Below, in pieces: positions 22,921 to 34,751 of a stretch of 64,000 nt of DNA. The DNA lies in assembly GCA_001599295.1 (NCBI GenBank), contig BCGN01000003.1:310001-374000 (forward strand), written 5' to 3'. Source of the stretch: Sporopachydermia quercuum (lineage: Eukaryota). The position numbers and the translations under genes are program-made. Position 1 is the stretch's first letter; every line of letters begins with the position of its first letter. A model generated the notes under the pieces. That model was not told where the DNA came from. It worked only from the letters and a program-made list of their open reading frames with translations, and made no database searches.

Positions 22921-25305
22921 ATGGCTCAATATTCAATTAATGAAGATGAGAACATCAATGAGCTGCTCAACTCTATTAGGGCGTTGGATGAAAAAACATC
23001 ACAGGAAGATCAACAGAGGACACAGCGGTTAGAACTTGTATTGGAAAAAGCTCGTNGTAGAGCAAAAAAACCAGAAATACCAAAGAAGCCGCGTACTGTT
23101 TCTGATCATTACAGAAGCATATCAGCTAGAAATAACACAGGAGGAGGAAATGTTGATACGTTAATAATGAATCCGTCTTTAGACGAAAAACAGGCTGCTG
23201 TCAACAATTACGGCTATATTGGGAGAGAAGATGAGTCCAACACATTAAAATCGACTGTCGAAGGACTCATTGGAGAAACCAGGAGCTTCGGTAGCTATGG
23301 CCAACAATCATCTAATCAGACATTGACACCTAGATCATTTGCTGATATTTCTCACAAGATATCCACTAGAAACTCTGCTGAGCCAATAGTTGCTCAACCG
23401 TATCAAGTGAAAGTGGTTACAGGTAGTCNTGTGACTCGTGGTGATACACAACAGATAGAAAGGCAGTATGACAGTCACAACAGTGCAAATGATACAGATA
23501 TAAAGCTTGTGAATCCTATAGCTGCAATTGATACAAATATGCCTAGATCTGCTACTGGGAGCAACAAGACGGATCTATTGGTCTCTTCTTCGTATAAAGT
23601 GTCTGTTGTTAAAGTATCTCCCTCTAAAGAAGCATCTTGGCTCGATAGTGCATTGAGGAAGAACATCAATACTCCTACAAAATCAGCTAGCACACCGCTG
23701 TCTAGACCAATCNNCACTTCGACTCAGAAACCTACTCTCAGTCCGTATAAAGTGCCAGTTGTAGTTCCAACCAAAAAAGCTGATCACCACCATACATCAT
23801 CAAAGGTTGAATCCAGTTGGCTGGACAGTGCGTTGAAAAGGAGTTCAACAATAAATACTTCTCGGTCTCCAAGTAGATCTCCAGAAAGGACACCGTATAG
23901 TATAAGAGTCAAGCAGGTTGATTCTAAGGGATTGAATGAAACGCCAATTTATACCAAATCGACACCTATAAAGATTACTGAAGAATTTAAGATCCCTCCT
24001 GTTGAACTGAAGAAAGAAGATGATTATACACTTAATAGGAGCAAAGCTCCGAATCCTGAGTCTGAGAAAGAACCATTTACACCGTTTTCTATTAAGCTAA
24101 AAACTGTTAAGACTGATTCAGTAGGAAAAGATGTCCCCCAGTATGATACAGGTAACTCAGAGCGTGAGACATTCTCTCCATTGCCTAAACTGAAACCTGC
24201 ACCGCAGCTACCCAAGAAAAAACCTGAACTGCAAAGTATCCCCGCAGTAGAGCAAATGAAAAAACTGCGTCCCAGTAGTTCTCCTACTAGGGAAAAAAGT
24301 ACATCCCCTCAGCGAGTGGTTTCTGGAGAGAAAATCGCGATCCAGAAGTTCAATCAAATCAAAGCAAAATCCGAACAGGAGAAGTTTACTAAACTAGAAA
24401 ACAAAAGAGTAGTGTCAAACTCAGAAAAGGAAGCGCTGATTAAATTACAAGCTATGAGTTTATCTCAGGATTCAGGTCACGAAAAGGAACTAAAGAATTT
24501 AGATAGAAAACAATATAATTTAAAGAGATACGAAGCTGACGATAGTAGAGATGTCTTGGGAATAAAATCTAAGCTTAAACCTGCTGTTCCAGTGAAGAAA
24601 ATCGATTCTGTTGAGCCAGAAGCTATTCAAGCGTTGAAACAGAAAGAGGAAAAGAAGAGACTACCTGCCCGATCTGTTCAGTCTGTTGATAGGATCAGTA
24701 ATAGTGATACTACTGGAAATAATGATAGTAATGGTACTAAAGTTCCGGCGGTGTTAAACAATCTAAATAGCGGTATCACGCAGGATCTTACCAACGTATT
24801 CCGTGAGGTCGCTATGAAAGGAATAAGTAGAGTGAGCACGTATGAGACACCAAATAACGACAAATCGTTCTCTTTACCAAAGCGGGCAACTACATGGGAT
24901 GCTTCAAATAGAGGTAAAAGAGGAAAAGGTGAGAAACTAAATCATTTAACAAAAGGACGAGCAAGGGGGCCGAAGAGAAAACTACCTAAAAGTATTCAAA
25001 ATGGTCCTATTGATAAAGAAGTGAAGGTGGATACCCCTAGAGAGATGAGCAGCGATATAGTAGGACCAAGAAGAGAGGTCAATGTCGATTCCTTAGCTAA
25101 ATCTGAGTCTGATGTTGAAATCAAGCCGCCATTGCCATCAAGACATAAACTGGTGATACCTTCAGTGTTTGAAGAATCTTCAGAGGCACCAATTGCATCA
25201 ATTGTTAAGAAAGTCGATATAACACCTTTCAAAACTAGAACCAGTAATACCGACAAGAAAGTTCCACCACCAATCAGGAAACCTTCAGGGAATGTTCTTA
25301 TTTAG
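22921..25305 (+). CDS. Low-complexity actin-patch protein with capping-protein-interaction (CPI) motif, Bsp1/DUF4045-like
   Basis: LNHLTKGRARGPKRKLP (24937-24987) fits the fungal CPI motif LxHxTxxR. Also duplicated SWLDSAL motifs and Pro-rich PxxPxK/R SH3 ligands. Confidence 0.7.
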   Translation: MAQYSINEDENINELLNSIRALDEKTSQEDQQRTQRLELVLEKARXRAKKPEIPKKPRTVSDHYRSISARNNTGGGNVDTLIMNPSLDEKQAAVNNYGYIGREDESNTLKSTVEGLIGETRSFGSYGQQSSNQTLTPRSFADISHKISTRNSAEPIVAQPYQVKVVTGSXVTRGDTQQIERQYDSHNSANDTDIKLVNPIAAIDTNMPRSATGSNKTDLLVSSSYKVSVVKVSPSKEASWLDSALRKNINTPTKSASTPLSRPIXTSTQKPTLSPYKVPVVVPTKKADHHHTSSKVESSWLDSALKRSSTINTSRSPSRSPERTPYSIRVKQVDSKGLNETPIYTKSTPIKITEEFKIPPVELKKEDDYTLNRSKAPNPESEKEPFTPFSIKLKTVKTDSVGKDVPQYDTGNSERETFSPLPKLKPAPQLPKKKPELQSIPAVEQMKKLRPSSSPTREKSTSPQRVVSGEKIAIQKFNQIKAKSEQEKFTKLENKRVVSNSEKEALIKLQAMSLSQDSGHEKELKNLDRKQYNLKRYEADDSRDVLGIKSKLKPAVPVKKIDSVEPEAIQALKQKEEKKRLPARSVQSVDRISNSDTTGNNDSNGTKVPAVLNNLNSGITQDLTNVFREVAMKGISRVSTYETPNNDKSFSLPKRATTWDASNRGKRGKGEKLNHLTKGRARGPKRKLPKSIQNGPIDKEVKVDTPREMSSDIVGPRREVNVDSLAKSESDVEIKPPLPSRHKLVIPSVFEESSEAPIASIVKKVDITPFKTRTSNTDKKVPPPIRKPSGNVLI

Positions 25306-27014
25306 AGAAATTGTGTGTGGTGTCCTTATAAAAGTAGGCTATCGATTCTTTTCATAGATTCTAAATGTATATAACTAACTTTGCTGAACTATCACGGGGT
25401 TGTATACTATCAGATCAGTAGTACTACTTATTTACTNGCGTTCCATATACCTAATTCACAGTATTCTACCCTCGAATCACCGAAAATTTCTACTTAGCAA
25501 TTATCTTTATTTTCATTTAATTATAGCAAATCTCCATATCCTTTCATAGCCAAATTGATATACGGGTGCCTAATTATTTATCCCATAAATAGTATTAATA
25601 TACCTACTTCCATTACGGTACTTTTGATGGTATCATCATCATTCTATATAATGATTATATATTTTGAGATGCTATCCAATCTGTGAGATGAAACATAGAA
25701 GAAAGAATCCTTCTGAACCTTATGCTGTCCCTGCATAAAACAAACTTTAAAGGGAGATCCTATGTAATATTCGTATCTCACTGTGGTAATTTAGCAATGA
25801 TGGGAAATTAAGCTTGTTGAGAAAGCCTTATATTATCTCTTTCATTTATTTGGATTTTTGATTCATTTTCCATTTTCAAGTAGTAAAAGTAGTAGAATGT
25901 TAGATAAATCAAGCAAAAGTTATGTAACCCTTTTTGTATATTGTGTTTTTCTATGTCATTTCAGGTGCGTTTATTAGCTCGCGGCATATCGTGGTTAATT
26001 TCTCAAATCAAATAGCTGGAGCATATATGAATAAATGCGACTTAATACATTGTTTTCGTCACGTAATTTCCTTTCTTGTTTTGGCAAAACAATGCTTTTA
26101 AGTTACCTGATTAATACCTTAACATCTTNATTCCAGCCATCTTCGTGCTTTCTTTCATGAGAAAGTTTTAAATGGAATTTTTAATTGAAGTCGGTTCCTG
26201 CAGAGAAGACAGCATTAGCGCATTGGGTAGCCAGTCAACAAAGATATGAGGGAATCTACAGAACGATATACTACAATGACTGATCAGTGCCCGAGATAAA
26301 AGTACTAAACAAGTAGATATTCTTTTTAGGAAGCTTGTAACTATTTTAATGATTTTCACCTCTAATCCAACCATTCCTTCTTTTCCTTCCGTCCTTCTTC
26401 CCTCCTTCTATTTTCTTTCTCACCTCCATCCCGCATCAACAATGCATGGTTTCTTCCATTTTTAGCCACAACAACAATGCTAGCTCTATCACATGATAAT
26501 CACACTCAAAACTTTATTTACTTCTCTGTCCCCCAACAAATGTGAAGGAAATTTTATTTTCCTATTTGTTATGCGTTGAACAAACCTTTTCCTCGTTCCT
26601 GAGCTGAACAGAGTTAAAAGGAATGAGAGAAGAAAACTTATAAGTAATCGAACGATGGAAATCTGGTATGGCTATAATTAATAGGATGTCTGGAAATTAT
26701 TGTTTTGATAGTTGTGGAAATAATTTTGCAAGGGATAAGAACTTCTCTTTTTTGATTTTTGCATTATATTTTGAATTGAAATAGACGAAGACGAAATTCG
26801 CCTTAGGAAGAGTAGAAGTACAACTATAGCGCTATCGGAAGGAGTAGAAGAGGAACGAGAAGAGGAACAAGTGGATCAAAAGAAGCACTTGAAGAAAGAC
26901 AAAGGAAGGTATTCAGAAGCTAATAATAGAAACAAACAATAGAAAAGTGAGATAACTGACACACAATCAAACAAAGCAATCATTGTATGACTATCATTCA
27001 CAACATCCTATGCA

Positions 27015-28472
27015 ATGGGTTCCTTACCTTATATACCAGATCTTGAACCAGATCAAGCATTACATTCAACCAAAATTGCATCAAACCGAATAGCGTCACA
27101 GGAAAAACAGAAATGGAAATCACATCCAAAAACCATTTCTGCTCACTTACTAGGGAAAAGGCAAATCCTTGGAGGTCTTATAATCAGTTCTATCACAATT
27201 TTTCTTGTACTGGCGAGATCCATACTGTCAGTACCAGATTTTTACACACCAGATTTTTCAGTTGTTGAGGGTGACAAAGTTGAATTTTATGATTTGGCAT
27301 TATCCAGTAGCCACGCTGACGGATGGAGAACAGAAGATAGAATATTATTCTGTGTGCCGTTAAGAGATGCGGCAGCTCACTTACCAATGTTCTTTGGTCA
27401 TATGAGGAATTTGACATATCCACATAATCTAATAGATTTGGCATTCCTAGTATCAGATTCAAAAGATGATACTATGGGGGAATTAATTAAATATTTGACA
27501 GAAGTTCAAAGTGCTGATAATATCAACGAAAGATTTGGGTTGATTGATATTTATGAGAAAGATTTTGGCGCAGCAATCGGACAAGATTTTAGTGATAGAC
27601 ATGGATTTGCTGCTCAAGGACCAAGAAGAAAACTAATGGCAAAAGCAAGAAATTGGTTATGGTCAGTAGCTATCAAACCCCATCATTCGTGGGTCTATTG
27701 GAGAGATATTGATGTTGAAACTGTTCCTGCTACAATTATCGAAGATTTAATGCNTCATGATAAAGACGTTATAGTGCCAAACGTTTGGAGACCTTTACCA
27801 GATTGGCTTGGAAACCAACAGCCATATGACCTGAACTCTTGGCAAGAATCTGAGGGTGGTCTTCAACTGGCTGATACTCTAGATGAAGATGCAGTGATTG
27901 TTGAAGGTTACGTTGAGTATGCCACGTGGAGACCTCATTTGGCTTACCTTAGAGATCCATATGGTGATCCTGAAGTTGAAATGGAACTAGATGGTATTGG
28001 AGGAGTTTCAATTCTCGCGAAAGCGAAGGTTTTCCGTAGTGGTGCACATTTTCCTGCTTTTTCTTTTGAAAAACATGCTGAGACTGAAGCGTTCGGTAAA
28101 TTATCCAAAAGAATGGGCTTTTCAGTATATGGATTACCTCATTATGTCATTTGGCATATTTATGAACCCTCACAAGATGATATTAAACATATGGAATGGA
28201 TGGAAAAAGAGGAAGAGAGAAAGAAAGCTGAAGAAGAACAACTGAAAATCTATGAGAAAGCTTGGAGCAAAGGATTTAGAAACATGAAAGATAAGTGGAC
28301 TGAGGAGAAATTCCGTGCTTTGAAGAATTATGATAATGTAAATGACCGTACAACTTTGGTGTTAGATTGGAGTGGAGAAGACAATTTCCCTGAAGCCAAG
28401 GAAACAAAAGCTCCAAAGCCTGGCACAGGCCTGGGTGATAAGATATTAGCAGAATTCAATCCTGATGCTTAA
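27015..28472 (+). CDS. ANP1: Mannan polymerase II subunit Anp1 (Anp1/Van1/Mnn9 family)
   Basis: Type II TM anchor; VEFYDL...DGW...RILFCVPLRDA, HGFAAQGPRRKLM, YWRDID, WHIYEPS. C-terminal EFNPDA resembles Anp1 rather than Van1. Confidence 0.9.
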   Translation: MGSLPYIPDLEPDQALHSTKIASNRIASQEKQKWKSHPKTISAHLLGKRQILGGLIISSITIFLVLARSILSVPDFYTPDFSVVEGDKVEFYDLALSSSHADGWRTEDRILFCVPLRDAAAHLPMFFGHMRNLTYPHNLIDLAFLVSDSKDDTMGELIKYLTEVQSADNINERFGLIDIYEKDFGAAIGQDFSDRHGFAAQGPRRKLMAKARNWLWSVAIKPHHSWVYWRDIDVETVPATIIEDLMXHDKDVIVPNVWRPLPDWLGNQQPYDLNSWQESEGGLQLADTLDEDAVIVEGYVEYATWRPHLAYLRDPYGDPEVEMELDGIGGVSILAKAKVFRSGAHFPAFSFEKHAETEAFGKLSKRMGFSVYGLPHYVIWHIYEPSQDDIKHMEWMEKEEERKKAEEEQLKIYEKAWSKGFRNMKDKWTEEKFRALKNYDNVNDRTTLVLDWSGEDNFPEAKETKAPKPGTGLGDKILAEFNPDA

Positions 28473-28531
28473 AGTGAATTGAGTCTCTTAGTTATGTATG
28501 GGATTGGGAAAACAATATGTAGATTAGACAC

Positions 28532-28550
28532 TGCGTGTGTGTGCGTGTGT
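28532..28550. repeat. (TG)n microsatellite
   Basis: tgcgtgtgtgtgcgtgtgt just downstream of ANP1. Confidence 0.6.
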
Positions 28551-29157
28551 ATTTGGAGTATTATGAAGACACATTATATTAATACTGGATAGATTGGATA
28601 TAAGAANAATAAGAAATAAGGCGAATTTTCTTTTGACAATGAAAAATGATTGGAAATATTCATCTGTAAATCTATGTTTTTATTGTCTATCGGTTTTAAT
28701 GGGAACCGCTTTGAAGATCTGCCAACCACCAAACCATCAAACTACAAAACTATCAAGGTCTAAGGTATAGCCCTCTTGTGACGATCTACAGCACTAAATC
28801 TCGATGGAATTTATCATATACATCTATTAATTACATTTCATATATTTTACTGACACCAACAAAATAATACCCTGTTACCTCTATTTATTAATGCTAGACA
28901 ATATATGCTTGAGAACCAACCCAAAACAAAAAAACTAAAATAAAATGAAATCTTCACAACCAAATCATATAAATCATCAATGCTATTATTGTTACTACTA
29001 AGTACCCACCCAAACAATATGCCTCGCTACTCTCTTCTGTCTTTAACTGTATGCCATTTCTATTATGATTATCATTACTATATTAGCAGGAACACCACTA
29101 GGAGTATCCTACTCCTTACTCTATTTTTTTTCCTATTCCTTGTGTTGAACATCAATA

Positions 29158-30294
29158 TCAGTCTCTTCTGTTTGGCAGAGCNCGGATCATTGGAGGTCTT
29201 GAAACTGAAGTAACTGATAACACATCAAGGGAAGAATCTGAGTTAGAATTGTTCAGATCTTTCGATAGATCAGACTTACCACTTTCAAAGCTTCCTATCC
29301 ATCTGCAAGTTTTAAAATATAATCTATGCAAACCAAAGAATGGTTGATGCATTGGGCTATCAAAATCATCGACATTAATAAATAAGTCGAATAAGATACC
29401 ACCAAATAGTGTTCCAAATGTTGTTGCAATACAAGGAATCCACGCATAACCGTTATTATTGGTAAACACTTCAGTACCATATCCAACCAATGATGCAGCA
29501 ATTCTCGCTCCTAAATCACGAGCAGGATTTAAAGCATAACCAGTTTCAATTCCAAATCCCATACCTAACAATGTAACTGTGAGGAATGTGCCAAGCGGTA
29601 GTAAAATTGCTGTGACTTCTCTTCCGCCATGACGTTGGCACCATAGAAGGATGCCAAAGATTGAAACTTGCAATATAGCAGAAGCAACAAACTCTGAAAG
29701 CACTTGATGTCCTAAGCTCAACCCATTCAAAGGGAGAGTAAAGAAAATGCTACCTGTTTTATAAATATGGCGCTCAGAACCTTCATATTGATCAAATAAT
29801 GGTTGATAAACCAGATAGCCAATCAAACAGCCGCACACTGATCCTGACATTTGAGAGAAAACATACCCAGGGACTTTCTTCCATGGGAATCCTCTTAACA
29901 CTGCAGCCGTAATTGTAATTGCTGGGTTCATGTGAGCTCCGCTGTTCGGGCCTGATAGAATAAGAGAAATTGTAATACCAGCTGCAATTGCTAAATAAAT
30001 GGTAATAAAATTGCCAGATTCGGAGAATTTTGCTTGGGAACATGCTCCGACAACTACTAACATTAGCACTAGAGTACCAAAGAACTCTGATATGTAACAT
30101 TTGAAGTAAAGCCTAGCTTTGTTCCATTTTTCCTTCAATTCCAAATATTCATCGGAATCGAGGTCTAGGCTATATGGTGATGATATTTCTTGAGTCTTCT
30201 CCCATGTTTCTGTTGAATATGATTTGATTTGAACTTTATCCGAAGCGTCCCCTCTTTCTAAGTCAAAAACTGTCGTAACAGTATTTGAGGACAT
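29158..30294 (-). CDS. Aquaglyceroporin (MIP family, GlpF/Fps1-related)
   Basis: SEFFGT, SGAHMNPA, GFPWKKVPGY, GYALNPARDLG (Asp after the second NPA is the glyceroporin signature), six TM helices. Confidence 0.93.
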   Translation of the reverse strand: MSSNTVTTVFDLERGDASDKVQIKSYSTETWEKTQEISSPYSLDLDSDEYLELKEKWNKARLYFKCYISEFFGTLVLMLVVVGACSQAKFSESGNFITIYLAIAAGITISLILSGPNSGAHMNPAITITAAVLRGFPWKKVPGYVFSQMSGSVCGCLIGYLVYQPLFDQYEGSERHIYKTGSIFFTLPLNGLSLGHQVLSEFVASAILQVSIFGILLWCQRHGGREVTAILLPLGTFLTVTLLGMGFGIETGYALNPARDLGARIAASLVGYGTEVFTNNNGYAWIPCIATTFGTLFGGILFDLFINVDDFDSPMHQPFFGLHRLYFKTCRWIGSFESGKSDLSKDLNNSNSDSSLDVLSVTSVSRPPMIXALPNRRD

Positions 30295-33200
30295 TATATG
30301 CTAAATTTGAGGACTTTGTAAATCTATGATTTGTTTGATATTGTATGAATTCTGAGGATAAGCCTATTACTATTCTTTGTTGTATAAGTTCTTGAACTAA
30401 AATGCTGATGGTGTTTATATGTTACTATCGCTTCGAACGCAATTGTAAGAAATACGCGTAGAAAACAACCGTTCCTTTAAATTTATTTGAAAATCTTGGT
30501 AAATAAACGATTCCTGCGAAAGAGTATGATTGGAAAAAGCTGAAGGAAGAGAAATCATGTTATACATAGAGCACTAGAAATAGAGAAATTATTTTCTTTT
30601 TCCACTGTAATTCTATGACTGTAGTGCTGAAGCCTGTACGAATACCGAATACACAATTATTACCGATCTTGGAAATTAAGTATAAGATACATAGGTATTT
30701 CAGTCAATCTGTTTATAAATAACTCTATGACCTGACATTTTTGCATCAAGATGAAAGAGAATTGACAGCCAATAGGTAGTCTATGGAGCTCGTATCAAAC
30801 TAGGTTGTAGTAAAACAATCCTTGTAGTGGGAACTGTATCATATCTCGGGGAAAAAAAACTCCAAACATTGTAAGAAATTCTATTGCAAAAGCTCTAAGG
30901 CAGAGCTGATAGTTTCCACATAGGAGTTCATTCGTTGCGAAAGAACCTCGTGGGATACTGCAATGTGTAATTTTTCTCCTAAAGTTTTCGAGAAGGAAAA
31001 AAGAACTGCTGAAGTAAGTCAATCAACAGAAAGTTAAACTTTATTTACAAATTAGGCATGTGGAATGTAATCTTAGGTCAGAGTCTAGACCATTTTAGCT
31101 GATTTGTATTTGTGATAAGCGAAGCAAGAATAGATGGGTTCCGTGATATTTATCAAGAAAAATAAATAAATATTATCTAGATTATAATGATTTATTGAGT
31201 TGCACTTTCTATTTTTTATAGTGAATACTAAATAAGAAATAATGTGGGAGCGTTTGTACTGTTGTTCTTAAGTATGAAGGTGAAGCTATGAGTCGTATTA
31301 TCAGATTTCGGGATTAAGCTCAGACTAAACTCTTTTGTTGGTAAATCTTAAATCCTTGTACGGAAAATTAGTCGATGAAATTAGCTAAGGCAGTTATGCT
31401 TTTCCAACAGTTGATCCCATGACGATGAATGTGTTAGAGATGAAGGGAAAGAAATATGCGTGGTTGCTTTAAATAAACTTAACAGATAATAATGCAATAA
31501 GAGTAGCTTGTTTGATATTTTTATCAAGCATTTCATGGAGGATAAGCTAAAAGTACTCGTTCTTCTATGAGATGACTAATAGCTAGTGGAGGCATCTACA
31601 TGCAGTTTACAATCAATCCTTGTTCTCTTGAGAGGTCTACTGAAGATCTACGCAGGTAAATACAATGTTCATTAGAATGAAGTACACATGATCTCTTTTT
31701 TTTTGTGAAAACCTGTTTACTATTTCATATAATCCCAGATGATTTACCTTCTTAAGTCCTTACTTTTTGAATGAATGGGAAAATCAAAACCAAGCTCAAA
31801 CGGATCATCAGGTAGGTGGATGCAAAGTAATGCAAGGGTATGCATGTCATTTACTAATTAATATTAATTTGGATACTCAGCCGCGTGTAATAGTCCACAT
31901 CAATCTTTCAGCCATCTCTCCTGCATCTTGCTCTTGATTTTCCTGTTCAAGTACTCTTTCCAGGTGTTGAGGGAATGAAATGTCTTTTTCGAAATGGTTA
32001 CTTTTCCCTCATGTGAAGAAAATTTTTTTGTTCTCAAGTAGGAAAATGGGTCAAAGATATTGGAAATAATTAGAAGTATCTAAAAGAAAAAGGTAAAGAA
32101 CTTGGGATAACACGTAGATGTGCTTGACTTATAATTCTAATAACTGGGTGGTCTCCTATTAATCTCCTATTGACACTGAACCTATTCGTCAAACGACTTC
32201 GTAATTCTTTGCATGCCATTAGCTGGCAGAGTGATGCAATATAGTCAAAATCGTAGTCTCTCATTCATTCATTGTATAGAAGCTTTTTATTTTTTAATAG
32301 CTAAGATTCCACTCTCGTGATTCGTCTCTGTGACATTGAGTCTCTTCGAGAAAGAGACCATATCCCTGGAGCAACAAAATGTACTCTCAAACGGAGGTTG
32401 GTCAACTCGTACTATAAAGGAGGCGATTCTGAAATGGATATATCTTCTAGGTTAAATAACAGTCCATTTAAACTAAGCCTGGTTCGGAATAGAATTGATC
32501 CATAGTTACTATTTTTGGAGAAATGTTTAACTTCAACGATCAGATTTTAGATAATTATGTAATCACTTATCATAACAAAGAGAGGGGGAACAGGAATTTA
32601 GCAGTTGATTGATGCAACAAGTGATCGGATGAACTAAGGAATGATTGAATGTTTATATTCAGATAGCTTACACCGATGAATTGGATAAATGAAAAACATG
32701 AATTGAGCAATGTGATAAATCGGAGTTATGGGTTGAGCCAGTTTAGCATTTGTTCTTCCAGTTAAAAGTCCCTGTGTATTCAAATGTGGGTGTTGGCAAG
32801 ATGCCAAAGAACTTGGAGCAACCTTTGACTATGGCAACGGATGCTGGGTCACCTCGGTAATTGAACTACTGTATCTATCTTATTTCTCTCTTCTGGAAAA
32901 ATAACAGACTTACAGATTTTACTGGATTATCACATTCATCTTACTGTTTCCCAATGCAGACGAAATGAATACCAACCTGTTTAGTTTGGCAGTTAATTTG
33001 GCATTTGGAGATGATTCGGCTTTCCTAAGTGAAATAATTTCTTTCACATGCAAAAATTGCGTGCAAGGAGGATAAATATTAACCGAATTTGGTTTATGAA
33101 TCTTGTTCCTTACTACTGTTTCTAATTGATCGAATATACTACTCTTGTTGTCATTATGGGACTAGACTGGCTAAAGCTAGTACAGTTTCAAGTAAGTCCA

Positions 33201-34751
33201 GAGCGTTGTAGCATATGATTCAGATAATACCTTTCTGTTTAATCTCTCATGGCCTTCAAATAAATTGTAAGAAAGTGGTTTATATACGAAAATCAACTTG
33301 ATCAATAGAGTATCANGCGCTTATTGGTGGTACTCTACTTAGAACCCCTCATTCCAAAGGCAAGAAAGTTAAAGTTGGCGTACATTGACGTACCCCAGAT
33401 TGCTTATTATTAAGGCATCGCGAAACCAAGAGAGCGTAAAGTTAAAAATATTAACTTGAAATAGTGAAAACAAGTGAATAAGAATTGTTAATTATACTTT
33501 GTTAATATAACAACTATACAAGGATATTTTGTAGTCACCTATACTGGAGCTTGTACATTGTGAGTTACCAAGTTCTTATCTGATTTTTAAAGCGCTTTTA
33601 CTTTTTCCCTCATCTGGAGTACTCATTGGACTTGTGAATTATCTACTCATCCCCGTAATAACCAATATGTTTTAAGGAACACTTTGAATTTTTCAGCCCA
33701 CTAAAATCATTAACTATATTTCTTCTAAACGCTAAAACCATTATTCTGTCTATAATTTTATTGTTCAAGGGCACACGCCTGCTGATTTGACACAGTGCAG
33801 TTTCAAATAGAGATACATAAATATTAGAGAATCCAATATATCATCTCTGATACCTTTGAACTTACTTCAAATCTAAGCGAGTTACTCTCGGTTCAAGAAA
33901 AACCCCACTTCAATTCCTTAATTCGTCGATATTTCTTTTCTTCATTGGTTATATCGAATATTATTCAAACAATTGAAGAGCTATCNCCAATAATGTAAGG
34001 CTTTTCATTCCCTGTCTTACATGCAAAGTAAGCAACAAAGTTGATCTAACTTTAAAACCTTATTTTAAAGATCCATGGGGTCATCATAAATGAACATACT
34101 AATTATTGATAATAATAATTCATAGATTTGAACAATACTTGATGCCTTGAAATTTTGTCTTTGATACTTTGGACCCTAAGTATCAGAAGCGAAGTTCGTT
34201 CTGGGTCCTCAGAATTGTTGATGATGAAAAAATAGCGATAGATTATGAGAGTTAATACTACCAAGATGTAAAATTGAAAATAATTAAATGTTCAATCCTG
34301 TAATCCCGGAATAATGCATTGCTTGAAAAGATTCATTGAAAAGTGACAATATTCTCACCTCCCTAAACTTACTAAACTATCTAAACCATCGAGTTGAAAA
34401 GCCATTGTAAGCGGGGCGTCTCAAAAATGAACAATGCGTCCAAAAGTTTATATCAAGGTTTGGCTAATTGTGATGACACTTTTAGAGAAAGAAAGAAACT
34501 AAAGCCAAATAGGAAACAGCAATGAGAAAAATGAGAAAAACTATGTCATATGTATTCGACATCAAGTTTTAGAACACAGTGAGATATATCAGTTATAAAT
34601 GTATAAAACGCAGTGCATCTCCCATTGAAAAAAAAAAAAGTGGTAATAGTCTTGAAAGACGGCAGATGTACTAACAGTTTGCTGAAGACAGAGCATTAAC
34701 GTTCAGAAGAATTATAACCAAGTTTCTTTTGGCAATATTTTCAAATCAAAC

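Noticed and set aside
26775..26942. Purine-rich, Glu/Lys-rich open frame upstream of ANP1
   Set aside because: No ATG or convincing splice sites; GA-rich leaders avoid stop codons by composition.
33880..33910. GGTTCAAG T-loop-like motif (also GGTTCGG at ~32481)
   Set aside because: No cloverleaf stems or A-box; not a tRNA.
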